Origin: Chrysomallon squamiferum
Lineage: Eukaryota; Animalia; Mollusca
Direction of reading: 5' to 3'
Assembly: GCA_012295275.1 (NCBI GenBank)
Contig: CM022679.1
Span: 18,414,001 to 18,478,000, forward strand
Length of the DNA stretch: 64,000 nt
Shown in pieces: positions 52,401-64,000 of the stretch (within the stretch, counting starts at the first letter, position 1; every line of letters starts with the position of its first letter). The translations under genes were made by a program, and so were the position numbers. The notes under the pieces are model-generated. The model saw nothing but the letters and a program-made list of their open reading frames with translations. It ran no database searches and was not told where the DNA came from.

Positions 52401-55400
52401 ACAATAATCTAATGATGGAAACTAATAAATAGTGTCTTTACAGTGTAATATATTTTATGTAATCTGTAAAATGCAGTCAGTGAATATCACTTAAAGCATT
52501 CTTCTTTATTTTTAATTTAACACTAAGAAAATCAGGCCTCTCTCGCCTCTGCAGCTCGTGACATTCTTTAGTTCGTATTTCCAATATCAAAATACGGAGG
52601 ACAGTATACTGCCTTGAAAATACTGAGGAAAATTAATACAAAACATGTACTGCTATTCAAGACTGAAAATCTGACCAAATATTGGAGGACAGGAACAAAT
52701 ATTCGGGAGAACAAGTATTCTTTTACACCAGCATAAAAATTTAAAAACAAATATTACAAACAAACTTACTCGATCCCAACAATTGGTATAGAACCAGATG
52801 CTGGTGGGTCGATAACTTTAAGTCTTAATATAGAAGTTGCACTCCTGCTGTCGGCGGATGTCACAATAACTTTAATTTTGTAGTCATGGCCAGAGTAAAA
52901 TGTTGCTGTATTCAATATCCAGCTTGACACTGTGCTATCTGTTGGTAGTATATCTGATGGACATGTCAGGGATGAATTGGTAGCGTCCTCACAAGACCAA
53001 GTGAAGCTTGAAAGACCCTAAACAAAACAGAGATGATATAATTTACTGAAATGAGATTAAGGAATAAATATCATCAAATTATACATGTGTAATTCGTGAA
53101 TATTCAGCGTCTATGATACATTTTTGTGGAACAGAACATTTTATAACATATTTTAGATTTGAAATTTAATTTTAATTTTGAAGTGAAAGAACACAGAAAA
53201 TTATGAGTTTAAAATTGTGACTTAACAAAATATACTTTTTTAAATATAAAACAGTCAAACAACCGTGTACACTTGCACTGACACGCGATCACGTCCATGT
53301 GTTCTTATATACCATACTTATAATGCATACTATGTCTATATTATAATACCTGAGGAGCTGTTCTATCGATATCTGGGTCAAAAGAGTACTTTCCAGGATC
53401 GAGCGTTACTGTTTGTCCTATAGACCGTACAACAGCACTAACTCCACCCTTTGCTATCACAGCTACAATGTCACTTTTCTCTACCATAAAGTATGTGTCA
53501 CTGTGAGAAACATATCTGCTTCCGTCCCCTACAGGGGGCTGCATTTCCATCGTATATGTAGCTCTGTACAAACCGTAGTCGAGAGTTTTCTCTCTTATAA
53601 ACAATTCAGCCAGATCACTTCTGATGTTGAGAGAGGCTAGATCAACAGTTCCGGTAATCTTTCCATTGGATTCATCAACCTTCTCTAAAATCCACTGTTT
53701 TACATTATCAAATGTTACTCCACAAGTAATGTCAGACCGACCTCTCAGGATAAGAAGCTTGCTTCGTTTCACTTTCATTGGACTGTAGAACATATTCGCT
53801 CTATCTTCGATGGTCACTTGAGGCTTGGTGCAGTCAGTACTGCTGATAGAAAACTCGACGGTTGCTGTCTCTGACGAGAACCTATTTTCTGTAATAGCTA
53901 TGACTTTCTTGAATCCTGAACTACTGTAGGAATGAGTAGCAGTAAGGTGATTAGACAAAGCTCCGACATGTTTGCCGAATGTCGAAGAGCAGTTGGTTCC
54001 ATATGTTTCTTTACTAGTGTCTCCCCAGTCGATCTTAAGACATGAATCGGTTCCTATCATCTCATAGCTGAATCTGAGCGATTTAGCTTCGTTGACTTTT
54101 GTGATATTGGACAATTCTGAAATAACCATGTTCAGCACACTGTCTAACAGATTAATTGTCTTCATCTTAGAATCATAATAGAGTGGGTTCTTCACTGTAA
54201 TTGTGACGTCATGAGATCCACTCTGTGAAAATAAATGTATCATTTAAATCAACTTTAAATAAACCTGTTTATTCCATGAATTGTAATATTCAATGTAAAA
54301 TATAAATTATTATTATTATTTATTTATTTTTTTTTTTTTTTTGTTGAAAGAGACTGTAATATTTTTTTACATTAACCTTCTTAACAATTCTGTATCGGAT
54401 ACTGATTTATTTATTTTCATCTCGAGCCTTGAAATTAAATCACTATTATTTTTATAACTAGCTTATCAATATTACTTTTAGGCCTGATAAATGAGTCCAT
54501 CAAAATGAATATAATAAAGGACGAAAGCAAAAAGAATAACAACAAAGAAATAAAAGCAAGTAATATTCCAGTAATCTGGTCAGAATTATTTTATATTATA
54601 TTTTACGGCGAAAAATCATTCTTATTGTAAATAGGCCGATAGATAGATAGACAGATAGATAGATAGATAGATGGATGAATTTTACTGTGAAATTAGATAC
54701 GTTGTAATATGTATATTAACATTTGAGAGAAAATAGAATAAAAAAACATTTATTAATATTCTTTCTATTTATTCATAATTTTGTTGTTATTTTATTATTT
54801 CAGATTTTTTTCAGTTATATTATTATTATTATTATCAGATTTACCGAGACTGTTTTAAAAGAACACTGGAATGGCGTTTGGTACCCAATGCAGGTTAACG
54901 TGCCACCAGGTCCGGTCGACATCATTTCATAAGTCACTTCTGTTCCTAAAAAAAACAAAACAATAAATAAATAAATTAATTAATTCAAATATATGTGATG
55001 AAAATAATAGTTTTCTCATATTAAAAATCGTAAAAAAAGATTAATTTACCTGCCCAATATTTCATTAAATCCTATAGTAAATGTTACAGTAGAGCTCCAT
55101 AATTTGAAATAAAAGCAAAATTAAAGTGTCATAGGATAGGTTCTCATAATAAAAAATTACATTATATTCATTCGTTACGTGTAACACCTTACTTTATTAA
55201 AATTATAAACGCTTGCCCAGCGAGATAACTGTGAAGAAAACTATTTCATCAAAAGTTTGGTATGTAATGAATCTAATGATTTTATAATTCATTAGATATT
55301 AATATCATGCTTTATATTTCTATTTATTATAATTTCCCTTTTAATTTCTGATTATCATTTTCATCTCATTAATATATTATGCAAACCAGACATCCTCAAA

Positions 55401-56643
55401 CCTCAAATTGTATTTTATGTGCAATACACTATTCATGTAATAATATTCACTTACTTATATGATCAGAATTAACCAAAGACATCAGAATATGTAAAACTAC
55501 CTTCGGTGACTGAAACATAGAATATAACGTCTCGATCTCGAGGGAATTTCAAGTTTGCGCCCTCTAAGCCATCTTTCTCCGCGCCTCCAATTGGTAGCAG
55601 TGGCAAGTATTTTGGAGTGAAATCAACACCTGAAATGCTTTTGTAGGCGCCAGCCTAAAGGTTTTAAAAATATAGAACAAATTACATAGCGATTCACACA
55701 ACAGACAACAAATATACAAACTTCATAATGCATATGGGTAAGAATTTTAAAATGTATCAAACCGAACTGTTTGGAATCCGTTCGTATGATATCGTGTCAT
55801 TTTAAAGAAAATTCAACACAAAACTGCTTACTAAAACGGTTGTTGTGAAAATCGAAGCTGCATTCCATATTGTGACAGTAGCATTAAAATGCCCATCTTT
55901 AACTGGGGTATGAGACCAAACGTGGGTGCCTCCTAATCCTCCGGCAGCCTCCGGGAAAGTCGCATCGTCAAAATTGCTTTCAAAAGGTAGAGAACCGTCG
56001 CCGTAATCAATTTTAATTTTAGCGTTGGTGGGTAAAGGTGCTGCCGGATATTTCACTGATAATTTGGTGTCTGAAATACAGTTTAAATATAAAATAGACT
56101 ACATATCGCTTTATGAAAATGAGGGGAAATCTCATTTATTTCTTTTTAGATCATATTTGAAGACAATGTCGGAAAATTGTAGATATAATAATTTAAAAAA
56201 AAAAAAATTATACTTCTTTAAAAATAATTTCGGTGATGTTTTAAAATTGTGTAATGTTTTAAAATTCAAGCCCTTTTTTGAATCTCTAAGGAATTAGTGA
56301 CATCAAGATTAAAATAATCATTAAAAATATTGTTTTCTTTAAACACAAAATTACACGACTTACTGTAGATAACAGTAAAGTTACTGAAACAGCTGATATA
56401 TATAACTTTGTAATGCACTGAACGGAATGATAAAATTATACTAACCATCTGGAAATGCTACTGGGTGATTACTAGTGACAGTGATCGGTATCTGCACCTT
56501 CAGTTCAACAGATACAGTGTGTGTTACAGAAACAGTCTGCAGGGGTGTCGTCGCCTTAACAGTAATTGTCTTCGCTGCCTCCACAGTGGTGTACGTTACT
56601 GTTACGTTATCTGTACCATCCTTACCAGAAGCTAGCAAATGAC

Positions 56644-56706
<63 letters not shown>

Positions 56707-59700
56707 GTTATGTTTCTGTTGATTCCGAACACACATACACACACAGACAGAACACACAGAACAAACTCGCACGCATGCACACTCGCATACACACATTTTA
56801 TCTGTCAAAAGATAATTATTGCAAATTAACCTGCACGATTTTGCACTAGCGGTGGTTTTCCGTCGCCAAAGTCGATATTAAGGCTGCACTGATCATCTGA
56901 CGGACCTCGGAACATAATTATCATCACTGTAAGTGGTTCATCTTTAATGGCATTCGGTGGATCGGTGACAATTCTCATGTTTACGATGGGTTCGACAACT
57001 TTGATAGAACTGAAAAATGTTTTGCTGCTAACGTCGTTTTTGAGTATTGCCGTCATGTTGTATGTTCCTCGGTCCCTATACGAATGGGGGTACGAATAAT
57101 CAATTTGTAGAGGTTTTATCTGCTTTTGATCATCGGCTAGATCATCAAAATCAAACTCCACAGTTGCCTCATTAGGATGGGCACCCGACGTCCTGAATGT
57201 GAAATCTGTTTCTCCCGGAGGGGCATAGGTCACATATTCATTAGTTTCCATTGTCACGTCCGCCACACTCTGAATAGCGACAACCTCAAAATTACGAACG
57301 ATAGTATTTGCATTATTGCGGACTACAATTAATACATTATAGGTACCGCTGTTGGTAAAGACATGACTGCGACTTACTGGAGCTAGGTTTGCCCAGTCGT
57401 TAGCGCCAGTATCTAAAGTAATGTTTGCAGACCCATCATCCCAGCTCCAAAGAACAATAACGTTAGAACCTTCGGTCATTTCCACCGTAAAAGTAACGTT
57501 GGAAGACGTGCCAATGTGAAGATTTGTGGATGTTATTTCCACATTTTTCATAGCTACTTCAATTTTAAATACAGTGTCAATACTTTGGTTACTAATCTTA
57601 TTTGTAGCATTTAGCTGTAAATTGTACTCTCCAACAGACAGTGGCCCGTGAGTAGCTGATTCCCATCTCTTATTAGCTAAATCTGCTTTATCAACTGTTA
57701 ATGACACTCCGCCTATTGTCAGCGAAAACTCTACGTCAGTGCCAGTGTCTATGAACCAGACAATAGTAAACCTTGTATTTTTTGGAGCTCCAGTGTGTTC
57801 AAGTCTCAGATTCGTTATCTTTTCCTGAACAGACTGAATGAATGTAACGGAGACAACACTAACATCATTAGAACAAGTGACATTGACGGTGAAGTTTCCT
57901 CCAGCATAATAGACGTGTGCATATGACGTTCCAAATCCCACAGGAGTTTGAATTGCAGTGGTTTCATCTGTCGCGTCGTCTCCGAAGAACCACGTACAGC
58001 TATAATCTGAGCCAGACGAGAGAACAAAGTTGAAACTCGTATTCTGATTTATCAAAGAAGGAGGCGAGGTGACCTGTAGACCCTGCAGTCGGTTCTGGAT
58101 AACAATTGACGTGAAATTACATTTCCTGCTGACGGCATTCCATGAGCATGCTGTGACATTGTATGTGCCTTTAGACGTATAGACGTGGACGCCAGTGGAG
58201 TTATCGGTCTCATTTGCAGCCTTCCCGCTTCCAAAATCCCAGTCGTATTTAATATTTGTACCTGTTGAATAATACTTATTTATTTATTTATTTTATTATT
58301 ATTTTTCTTTCTGAATAGAATATACAAAGGGGAATCTCATTAATACATTTATAGATAATATATCTCTATTACTGTTTTCCCACGAGATTCATTATATGTT
58401 TCAGTTTATTTCATTTAATTTTATGCGTGGAATAATTCAAAAGCAAATTAAATTATGTCATCTACATATATTGTAAAAACTATTAAAAGCCACATCATTA
58501 GTTTATATATTATATGTTTATTAATACCTTCCTAGTAATTTTACCTGTTTGTGGTTGAATTTCGAAATGGACTACTTCATTGGTTGCAGCATAAGCGTCA
58601 TTCTTAATTTCAGTCACATTAATTCCTTCTACAACAAGAATACTTGTTTCCGCCGTTTCAGAATAGGCAAGCTTTGTGTTGGTCACATTCACTTTAACAG
58701 AGTAGTTGCCCGGGTTGTTGAATGTGTATGTCAGCATGGTCACACTCATTCCTGTATAAACAGCACGTAAGTGGTGGATTTTGTTCGTTTCTGCAGTCCC
58801 TGAACTTATTTTGAAAACTGATGTCATTGTAAGAGACACACCCGAGTAGAGAAAATCATTTGATGTTTGTACAGAATCTACTGTCAGCACGCCGGACGAA
58901 GACGTCCTTTCGTAAGCAAGGATGTCACCTGGCTCGACAAGAACCTCGTCGGTTTCAGAGATGTAATTGTAGCCTGCATTTGGTATTGCTATGGATAATA
59001 TTTGTTTTACTTTGTACTGGCTAGCTGGAGTACGAGATATTGTACAAGATCCTGATACACAAATTTTAGCACGTGGACAGAAATTATCTGAAGGACATGC
59101 TAGCCCCGCACATGGTCCACATGAACTGGTTGCATAACAATAATCTCCACTACAATCTGGATGTAAAATCTGGTACAGAGGAAAATAATGTATATTATTA
59201 CGATAACCCCAAGAAACAGAAAGCTGAGGCAAGTTAGCACACATGAAAAACTACGCAATACAAAATATTACTTATCTGTGTGTGTATATATTTGTATTAT
59301 AATGATAATAAAAAAGTTTCTAAATTACTCTACGTTCGTGAACATAGGTTCGTTATTAAATATTAACATTATAAATATTGTTTTTATATATATATATATC
59401 TACAGATTAGATACCCTGAGGAGAAATGAATCCTTCACATAACAGACCAACCAACCATTTGTTAGATAAATTTCTTCTAATTAATAGATTGAGCTTACCG
59501 CAACACTGATTGTTCCTGACTGTAGGGCCCAGAGCTCCCATCCCAAAAGCTTGCCCTTGTATTTAAATTCGGCAAATGGAATTATGTACACACCATTGTC
59601 TGATCCTGTGATAGTCTGTGAACCGCTAGATGGCACACCAATTCCTGCCACGGCAGTCGGTGGATCTAGATAGATAGAATTTCGGTTTGGTTTATTATAA

Positions 59701-59854
59701 AATGTAGATATTATTCACAACTGATTGGTAAAACGTATTTATATAATAAAATATCTTTATGTACCATTGTTTATGATGTCGATAAGAATATTTGTCGGTT
59801 ATTTCTTTTTTTATTTTCTTACTTCCTTTCTTCTTTTGTTTAAATATTAATAGC

Positions 59855-59932
<78 letters not shown>

Positions 59933-60861
59933 GAAATAAAATAAATAATATAATATAATATAATATAATATAATATAATATAATATAATATAAAAACAGA
60001 ATTAAGATAAAATAGTTTTTGGTATCGGCAATAATATATGTGCACACAGTAAGTCATTATTTCATTCTATTTCAGATGCGGATTTATAGGGGTTTCATCT
60101 ACCGACCCTCATTTATATACAATAAAAGACTGCTTCCTATCCCTAACCTCCAGTGTTACTGAATCATGATTGTTCTTTCTCTGTTTCTTTTTTTACCTTA
60201 TGAAATTGCTGTCAACAGAAGAATAGTTCGCAGTTAATAATTATACTTTGACGTAAACGCAAATGGCAAGCAAGATGCTACAATTAAAGCAAGATGCCAA
60301 AATCACAATCTGCCCCTGTATATGCTGTCGAAATGGTATCTAAAAACATTCATGCATTATGCGATAGGCAACAGTCTTACGACTTCTAAGATCCTCTGAC
60401 AAAAACGTCTAACTTACTGCACCCGGTACCAGTGACCACTTGATATTTACCAGCGATATTCATGTGTCTCTTCAGTACGTCGTCGATGAAATCAGACAAA
60501 ATTAAGTCACTGCCTCTGTCGACTGTGACGTAGCAGTAACCTTCTTTGTAGGTTGAAAATTCGTTTGGGCATTCAATTTTGACTTTAGAAACACGATCAT
60601 GTACAAGAATGGCGGTCACGGTCTCTGCTGGCTAAAAAATATGTATCAAAACATCTTTTTATATTTCTTTTAAAAATAACGGCATTTAATAAATTAATAT
60701 TCAACTGAGCTCAGTTTAAATAATTATTCAGAAAGTATTCAATAATTATGTAGAAATACAGCTCAGTTCACGTATTTTTAATTTAATTCAGGAATCTTCT
60801 ATTCATTCCAATTTAAAACAGACCATCATAAGTACAGCATAGTATGTACAGTTTATATCTA

Positions 60862-60898
<37 letters not shown>

Positions 60899-61668
60899 CC
60901 TGCATTTTCACCGTTTAAATTATTTTTATTTCAGCAGTTAAACTATTTTTACCTGTGAATAAACGATATTATTTTTAATTATTTGTAATCTAATATTTGT
61001 AATCAAACAGTGTAAATTAATAAATATATTATTAGTGTAATGAAGAATATTACTATCTTCCTTCACTATTTGTTTTTATATAATTTCACTATTTGGAATC
61101 TTCGGCTTTTTATTATTTCAGTTTCAAAATTGTTGGGTTTAACTTACTGAAAGTATGTTGCCTACGTCTGTGGCAATCACTTTGGCTGTGTATTCACCGG
61201 GCATATAATAAATTTTATTTTCCAGATTGGTCGCATTTGGTTCTGTCAGTCCAGCGCCGTCGTCGTAGTCCAGCTTGTAGACAAGATTTTTGCCAGAACT
61301 GATGCCCATTTGAAATTTCACTGCTGTTGCTGTTTCAACAATTTTTCCAGCAGCCGATGACGTCAGAGAGAGACCTGATATAGCTGTGGTGGCATAATAA
61401 ACGCTGACGTGATTCAGACTTCCACATTTAGCTGTATTGTCTCCGGCACAAGCAAGATTACAAGCGGCAGCCTCGGCAACAGCATTTGACGGTAAGTCAT
61501 TACCGCAAAAACAATATTTGCCAGACGTCAAGGCGGCGTACGTGTATTGAAAAGATCCGCATTTAGATGCACAGATTTCTGGTGTCACCACAGCTGGATC
61601 ATACTCGCCGGGGCTAATTCCAAAGTAACGATGCCGTCTGTTTTCCAAGTAGCAATCAACTGGTGAAA
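25811..61668 (-). CDS. PKD1-like: Gene A: polycystin-1 (PKD1)-like protein, 34 traced coding exons, about 3490 aa plus N-terminal signal exon(s)
   Basis: Phase-consistent GT-AG exons in transcript order: 61148-61668, 60451-60631, 59499-59665, 58545-59169, 56831-58261, 56446-56631, 55832-56070, 55501-55654, 54845-54945, 53350-54222, 52770-53017, 50261-50463, 47140-47412, 45255-45427, 44640-44808, 42338-42423, 41596-41655, 41246-41371, 40943-41062, 39576-39681, 38887-38963, 37857-38153, 37210-37606, 32195-32457, 31628-31855, 31223-31324, 30984-31099, 30672-30837, 29643-29921, 28712-29218, 28368-28497, 27857-28110, 27482-27653, 25811-27240 (stop TAA). Domain order WSC-PKD-REJ-GPS-PLAT-channel is diagnostic of the PKD1 family. 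Confidence 0.93.
30672..31324 (-). CDS. Gene A exons: PLAT/LH2 domain
   Basis: YEIIVTTGMRRNAATHSKVCIILSG...FDRGSTNSFLMAVPMPLGSLNYARIWHDNSGKG...SWFLKYMVVRD...FIADKWFAVEEGDGQ. Confidence 0.93.
31628..38153 (-). CDS. Gene A exons: GAIN domain with intact GPS autoproteolysis motif and first TM helix
   Basis: GCFYFDSKKESWETEGCV|VGPKTEVSRTHCLCNHL/TTFAGGWVVPPNTIDWDFVF then hydrophobic IYVTMIVIFVFYIIVAIWARRKD. Confidence 0.93.
32547..32608. repeat. (CT)n microsatellite
   Basis: Direct reading. Confidence 0.95.
32700..36900 (+). mobile_element. Large decayed DNA transposon (Academ-like) inside the 4.75 kb intron of gene A; ends approximate
   Basis: Fragmented plus-strand peptides DDLEAYLAAL, WSSDTDLLILLIDL, EGEKLPPT, LPLEKDGWMLARDQCVPV resemble the transposase/XPG-like nuclease region of AcademX-type elements. 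Many stops and frameshifts; TIRs not found. Confidence 0.5.
32941..33023. repeat. Tandem duplication, 44 bp period
   Basis: AGTAATTTAAGAAACCTTGAAAGTGTAATAGAGAACGTA occurs twice in tandem. Confidence 0.9.
42905..43362. mobile_element. MITE with long imperfect inverted repeats
   Basis: GACAAAAGCTCCCAGTGGATTTGCAAGGTAGGATAAAAGCACCCC (about 42929) pairs with GGGGGCTTTTGTCCTACCTTGCATTTCTACTGGACGGCTTTTGTC (about 43261); AT-rich interior. Confidence 0.7.
45255..54222 (-). CDS. Gene A exons: last PKD repeats and REJ module
   Basis: DCTKPQVTI..., ELFIREKTLDYGLYRATYTM, VTLDPGKYSFDPD, FTWSC, NEPPKEGSCSITPLVG...FTITCSGWQD, VDLPLG are characteristic REJ-region motifs. Confidence 0.88.
46080..46500 (-). 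mobile_element. MULE transposase C-terminal relic
   Basis: Minus-strand NTNICESWNVGFQRLVGHRHTSVW matches the MULE TNN..E.W...F...VG..HP..W motif; stops nearby. Confidence 0.6.
49595..49914. mobile_element. Probable 320 bp MITE
   Basis: Perfect 15 bp inverted repeat TGTTAGTGAGGCAAC (49595-49609) / GTTGCCTCACTAACA (49900-49914); no clear TSD. Confidence 0.55.
54845..60631 (-). CDS. Gene A exons: beta-sandwich with LDL-A-like Cys insert and PKD (Ig-like) repeat array
   Basis: Repeated WDFGSG/WFFGDD/WSWDDG/IDFGDG/IDYGDG PKD signatures with H.Y...G.Y.V.V...N; Cys-rich CPSDNFCPRAKICV segment in exon 58545-59169. Confidence 0.92.
59855..59990. repeat. (AAT)n then (ATATA)n microsatellites
   Basis: Direct reading. 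Confidence 0.93.
61148..61668 (-). CDS. Gene A exon: WSC domain plus first PKD domain
   Basis: DCYLENRRHR...TPEICASKCGSFQYTYAALTSGKYCFCGN...CNLACAGDNTAKCG is the WSC Cys pattern, followed by YKLDYDDG...YYMPGEYTAKV (PKD). 521 nt, same length as the paralogous gene B exon. Confidence 0.92.
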
Positions 61669-61830
61669 CTTTATGAAAAATAAATATTATATATTCACAC
61701 GAACTGATTATAGAATTTAAAGTTTATATTTAGATGTATGGGGTCAAAAATAATAAATGCATTTTTATTGCTTCATTACTATTAAAAACCAGTATTTACT
61801 ATTAATAAAGTATATATATATATATATATC

Positions 61831-61850
61831 ACAACAGATTTGGCTTGTAT

Positions 61851-61897
<47 letters not shown>

Positions 61898-62786
61898 ATA
61901 TTTCGGGCTCTTCCGGCACTTCTTGTGTTCGCCCGACTACAGCAGGTAACAGTGTCCTAGAAACAAAAATTTAATGATGCCTGATGAATAATGCGCCCCT
62001 GCGGGTATCATTTTGTGTGTGAATTCTACTTTGACGCTCAGCAAAACGCGATGGTAAATCAATATATTGGATACGCTTTAATATTTAATTAGTATGATTA
62101 TAGATAACATTAGGTTTCGTTCGCATGTTTATTAGACCAGACTGAGATCATATCACATTGTGAAATTGTTTTGAAATGGTTAATAATTCCAAAAAGTAAA
62201 TCTGATTAAAGTGAATATATCTTTCTTTGTTAACTGATTTTAATAACAATTTTAAATTGAGTTATATTATATTATTATTATTAAATTTAAACTCATTATG
62301 GCAGTTTATTTTGATTTAAAGAATGTTTTTAAATTAAATTTCTTAAACCTTCACGACATATTTTGACTTAATAAAGCAATTAAGTATACCTACTTGTAAA
62401 AACTATTTTGAAGCGATATTAAAAATTTTAATATAAAGGTTTTAGGATATGATGTAAAATATTTAGCACGCTGATATTACTCGAAATCGTTTGTTTTAAT
62501 TCTCACTAACTAACTTTTAAATTAAAGTTTACAGTCTTTATTATTATTGTTATTATTTAAATACAAAACAGTTTTCAAAATTATGAAAAGAAAAGTGGAT
62601 ATAAATCGGTGCGAACATAGATAATATATTTCACGTCGATATATCAGTCGTATTTATGACCGACATTAAAACAGGTCTTTGAATTTCTGCAGCCGATCAA
62701 TGTTTTGCTTTTCACCAGATTGATGTGTTTGTACGTTGCCAAAGCAGCAACACGCAGAGGCTTTTCATACAAGCCAAATCTGTTGT
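61831..62786. repeat. Perfect 22 bp inverted repeat pair
   Basis: ACAACAGATTTGGCTTGTATGA at 61831-61852 and its reverse complement at 62765-62786. Confidence 0.85.
61898..62768 (-). CDS. Candidate signal-peptide exons of gene A (62716-62768 and 61898-61956)
   Basis: Strong acceptor ttttgtttctag before 61956. Joining gives in-frame MKSLCVLLLWQRTNTSIW-TLLPAVVGRTQEVPEEPEIF-SPVDCYL into the WSC exon. Donors (gtgaaa, gtgtat) are weak, so other models are possible. Confidence 0.35.
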
Positions 62787-63110
62787 AATCAAAGCATTCA
62801 TATGACGACAATTCGCCTTCCATAACCGGTTTAATCCACAAACAATAGCTAAAGATCCGTCAGGTGCTGTTCTAAAAATATTCCAATCAAACAAAAATAA
62901 CAAAAAAAACAAAGCACTTGTATACTAGCACAATAGCGTCCACGTCAACCAGTTGTTTCGATTACTTTATTGTGTGTTTCTTTTTCTTTTTTTTCACATT
63001 TTCTTTTCTTAACTCTTTCCTCTGTTATTACTTTACAAACTCCACAAACTTAAAAAGGAATATCTGAATTTTATTTAACTAATAAGCAAGGCATAATTAT
63101 TTATATTATA

Positions 63111-63213
<103 letters not shown>

Positions 63214-64000
63214 GAAAATGCCAGTTATATAACTAATAATCGTGCTGAACCTGTAAAATAACGTGGATGTAAACTAAACATAGAAAAAAACAAATAACCA
63301 TTAAATTTCAGAATTAAAATACATTTTTTATCTCTTGAGTTCACATTTTTCACCGAATTTCGTATGGATTTTTATGCTGATTGATTGATTTATTTATTTT
63401 CTTCTACGTTAAACAAATGAGCAATATACGTTTGAAAATTAATTTTCATAACTGATTAATTACAGATTCTTCGTTTGATAATGAACTTGTTTGACATTAC
63501 AATGTTTCCAGAATCAGGAATATCGAAAATTAAGAAAATCTACAAAAGTTGCAAATATATGTGGCCAATAACTAATGACACCATTTTCCAGTTTGGGCTG
63601 AACAGTTTTCTCACTCATCTGCTCGTGTATGCACAGTGAACACGATCGTCGTAGGAATAATACCTATTTAGATAAATAACTTAAGATAAAAATAAGTAAA
63701 AATATAATTGAAAGTAAGAAATAAAGAAAATGAAAATGAAAAACATAAATACAATTCCAAGATTAGAAAAAGAAAATATAAGTACTACAAACCAACTCAA
63801 CAGAGTTATTTCGATTTAATTATAAATATTCAAGGAACAGAATTTCATATTATATAAGCATTCCTCACTTACATCCCTACGATTAGGTCTTTAAGCAAAT
63901 CGGTCGATACGTTAGACGCTGCCCCTTGTTAGTATTCCAAGCATTCTGTATGATGACATGCTGAAGTAAATTATTCTAGGCTAAACATAGCGGACAAAAA

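Noticed and set aside
63873-63960. Exon-like segment on the minus strand (ttcag acceptor, gtaagt donor)
   Set aside because: Stops in all three frames; could be a 5' UTR exon of gene A but not supportable as coding.

Overview
AT-rich, microsatellite-rich animal genomic DNA (invertebrate, plausibly molluscan; taxon is inference) holding a cluster of three spliced polycystin genes. Gene A (minus, 25811 to at least 61668) is an essentially complete polycystin-1 (PKD1)-like gene. I traced 34 GT-AG exons by hand with consistent phases (10460 nt, about 3490 aa plus an unresolved signal-peptide exon): WSC, PKD repeats, LDL-A-like Cys insert, REJ, GAIN/GPS (HL|T), TM1, PLAT, further TMs, TOP domain and TRP-like channel. 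Gene B (minus, ATG 12702, running off the left edge) is a diverged tandem paralog of the same ectodomain with three extra introns. Gene C (plus, about 19390-22690) lies inverted between them and encodes only the 6-TM TOP/channel module. It shares gene A's last two intron positions but has an unrelated Ser/Asp-rich N-terminus, so it looks like a PKD1-derived subunit with PKD2-like topology. Introns and the spacer hold decayed transposons (pogo/Tigger-like MITE, LINE, MULE, Academ-like), other MITEs, a minisatellite and many microsatellites. All exon calls come from manual reading with no RNA evidence.
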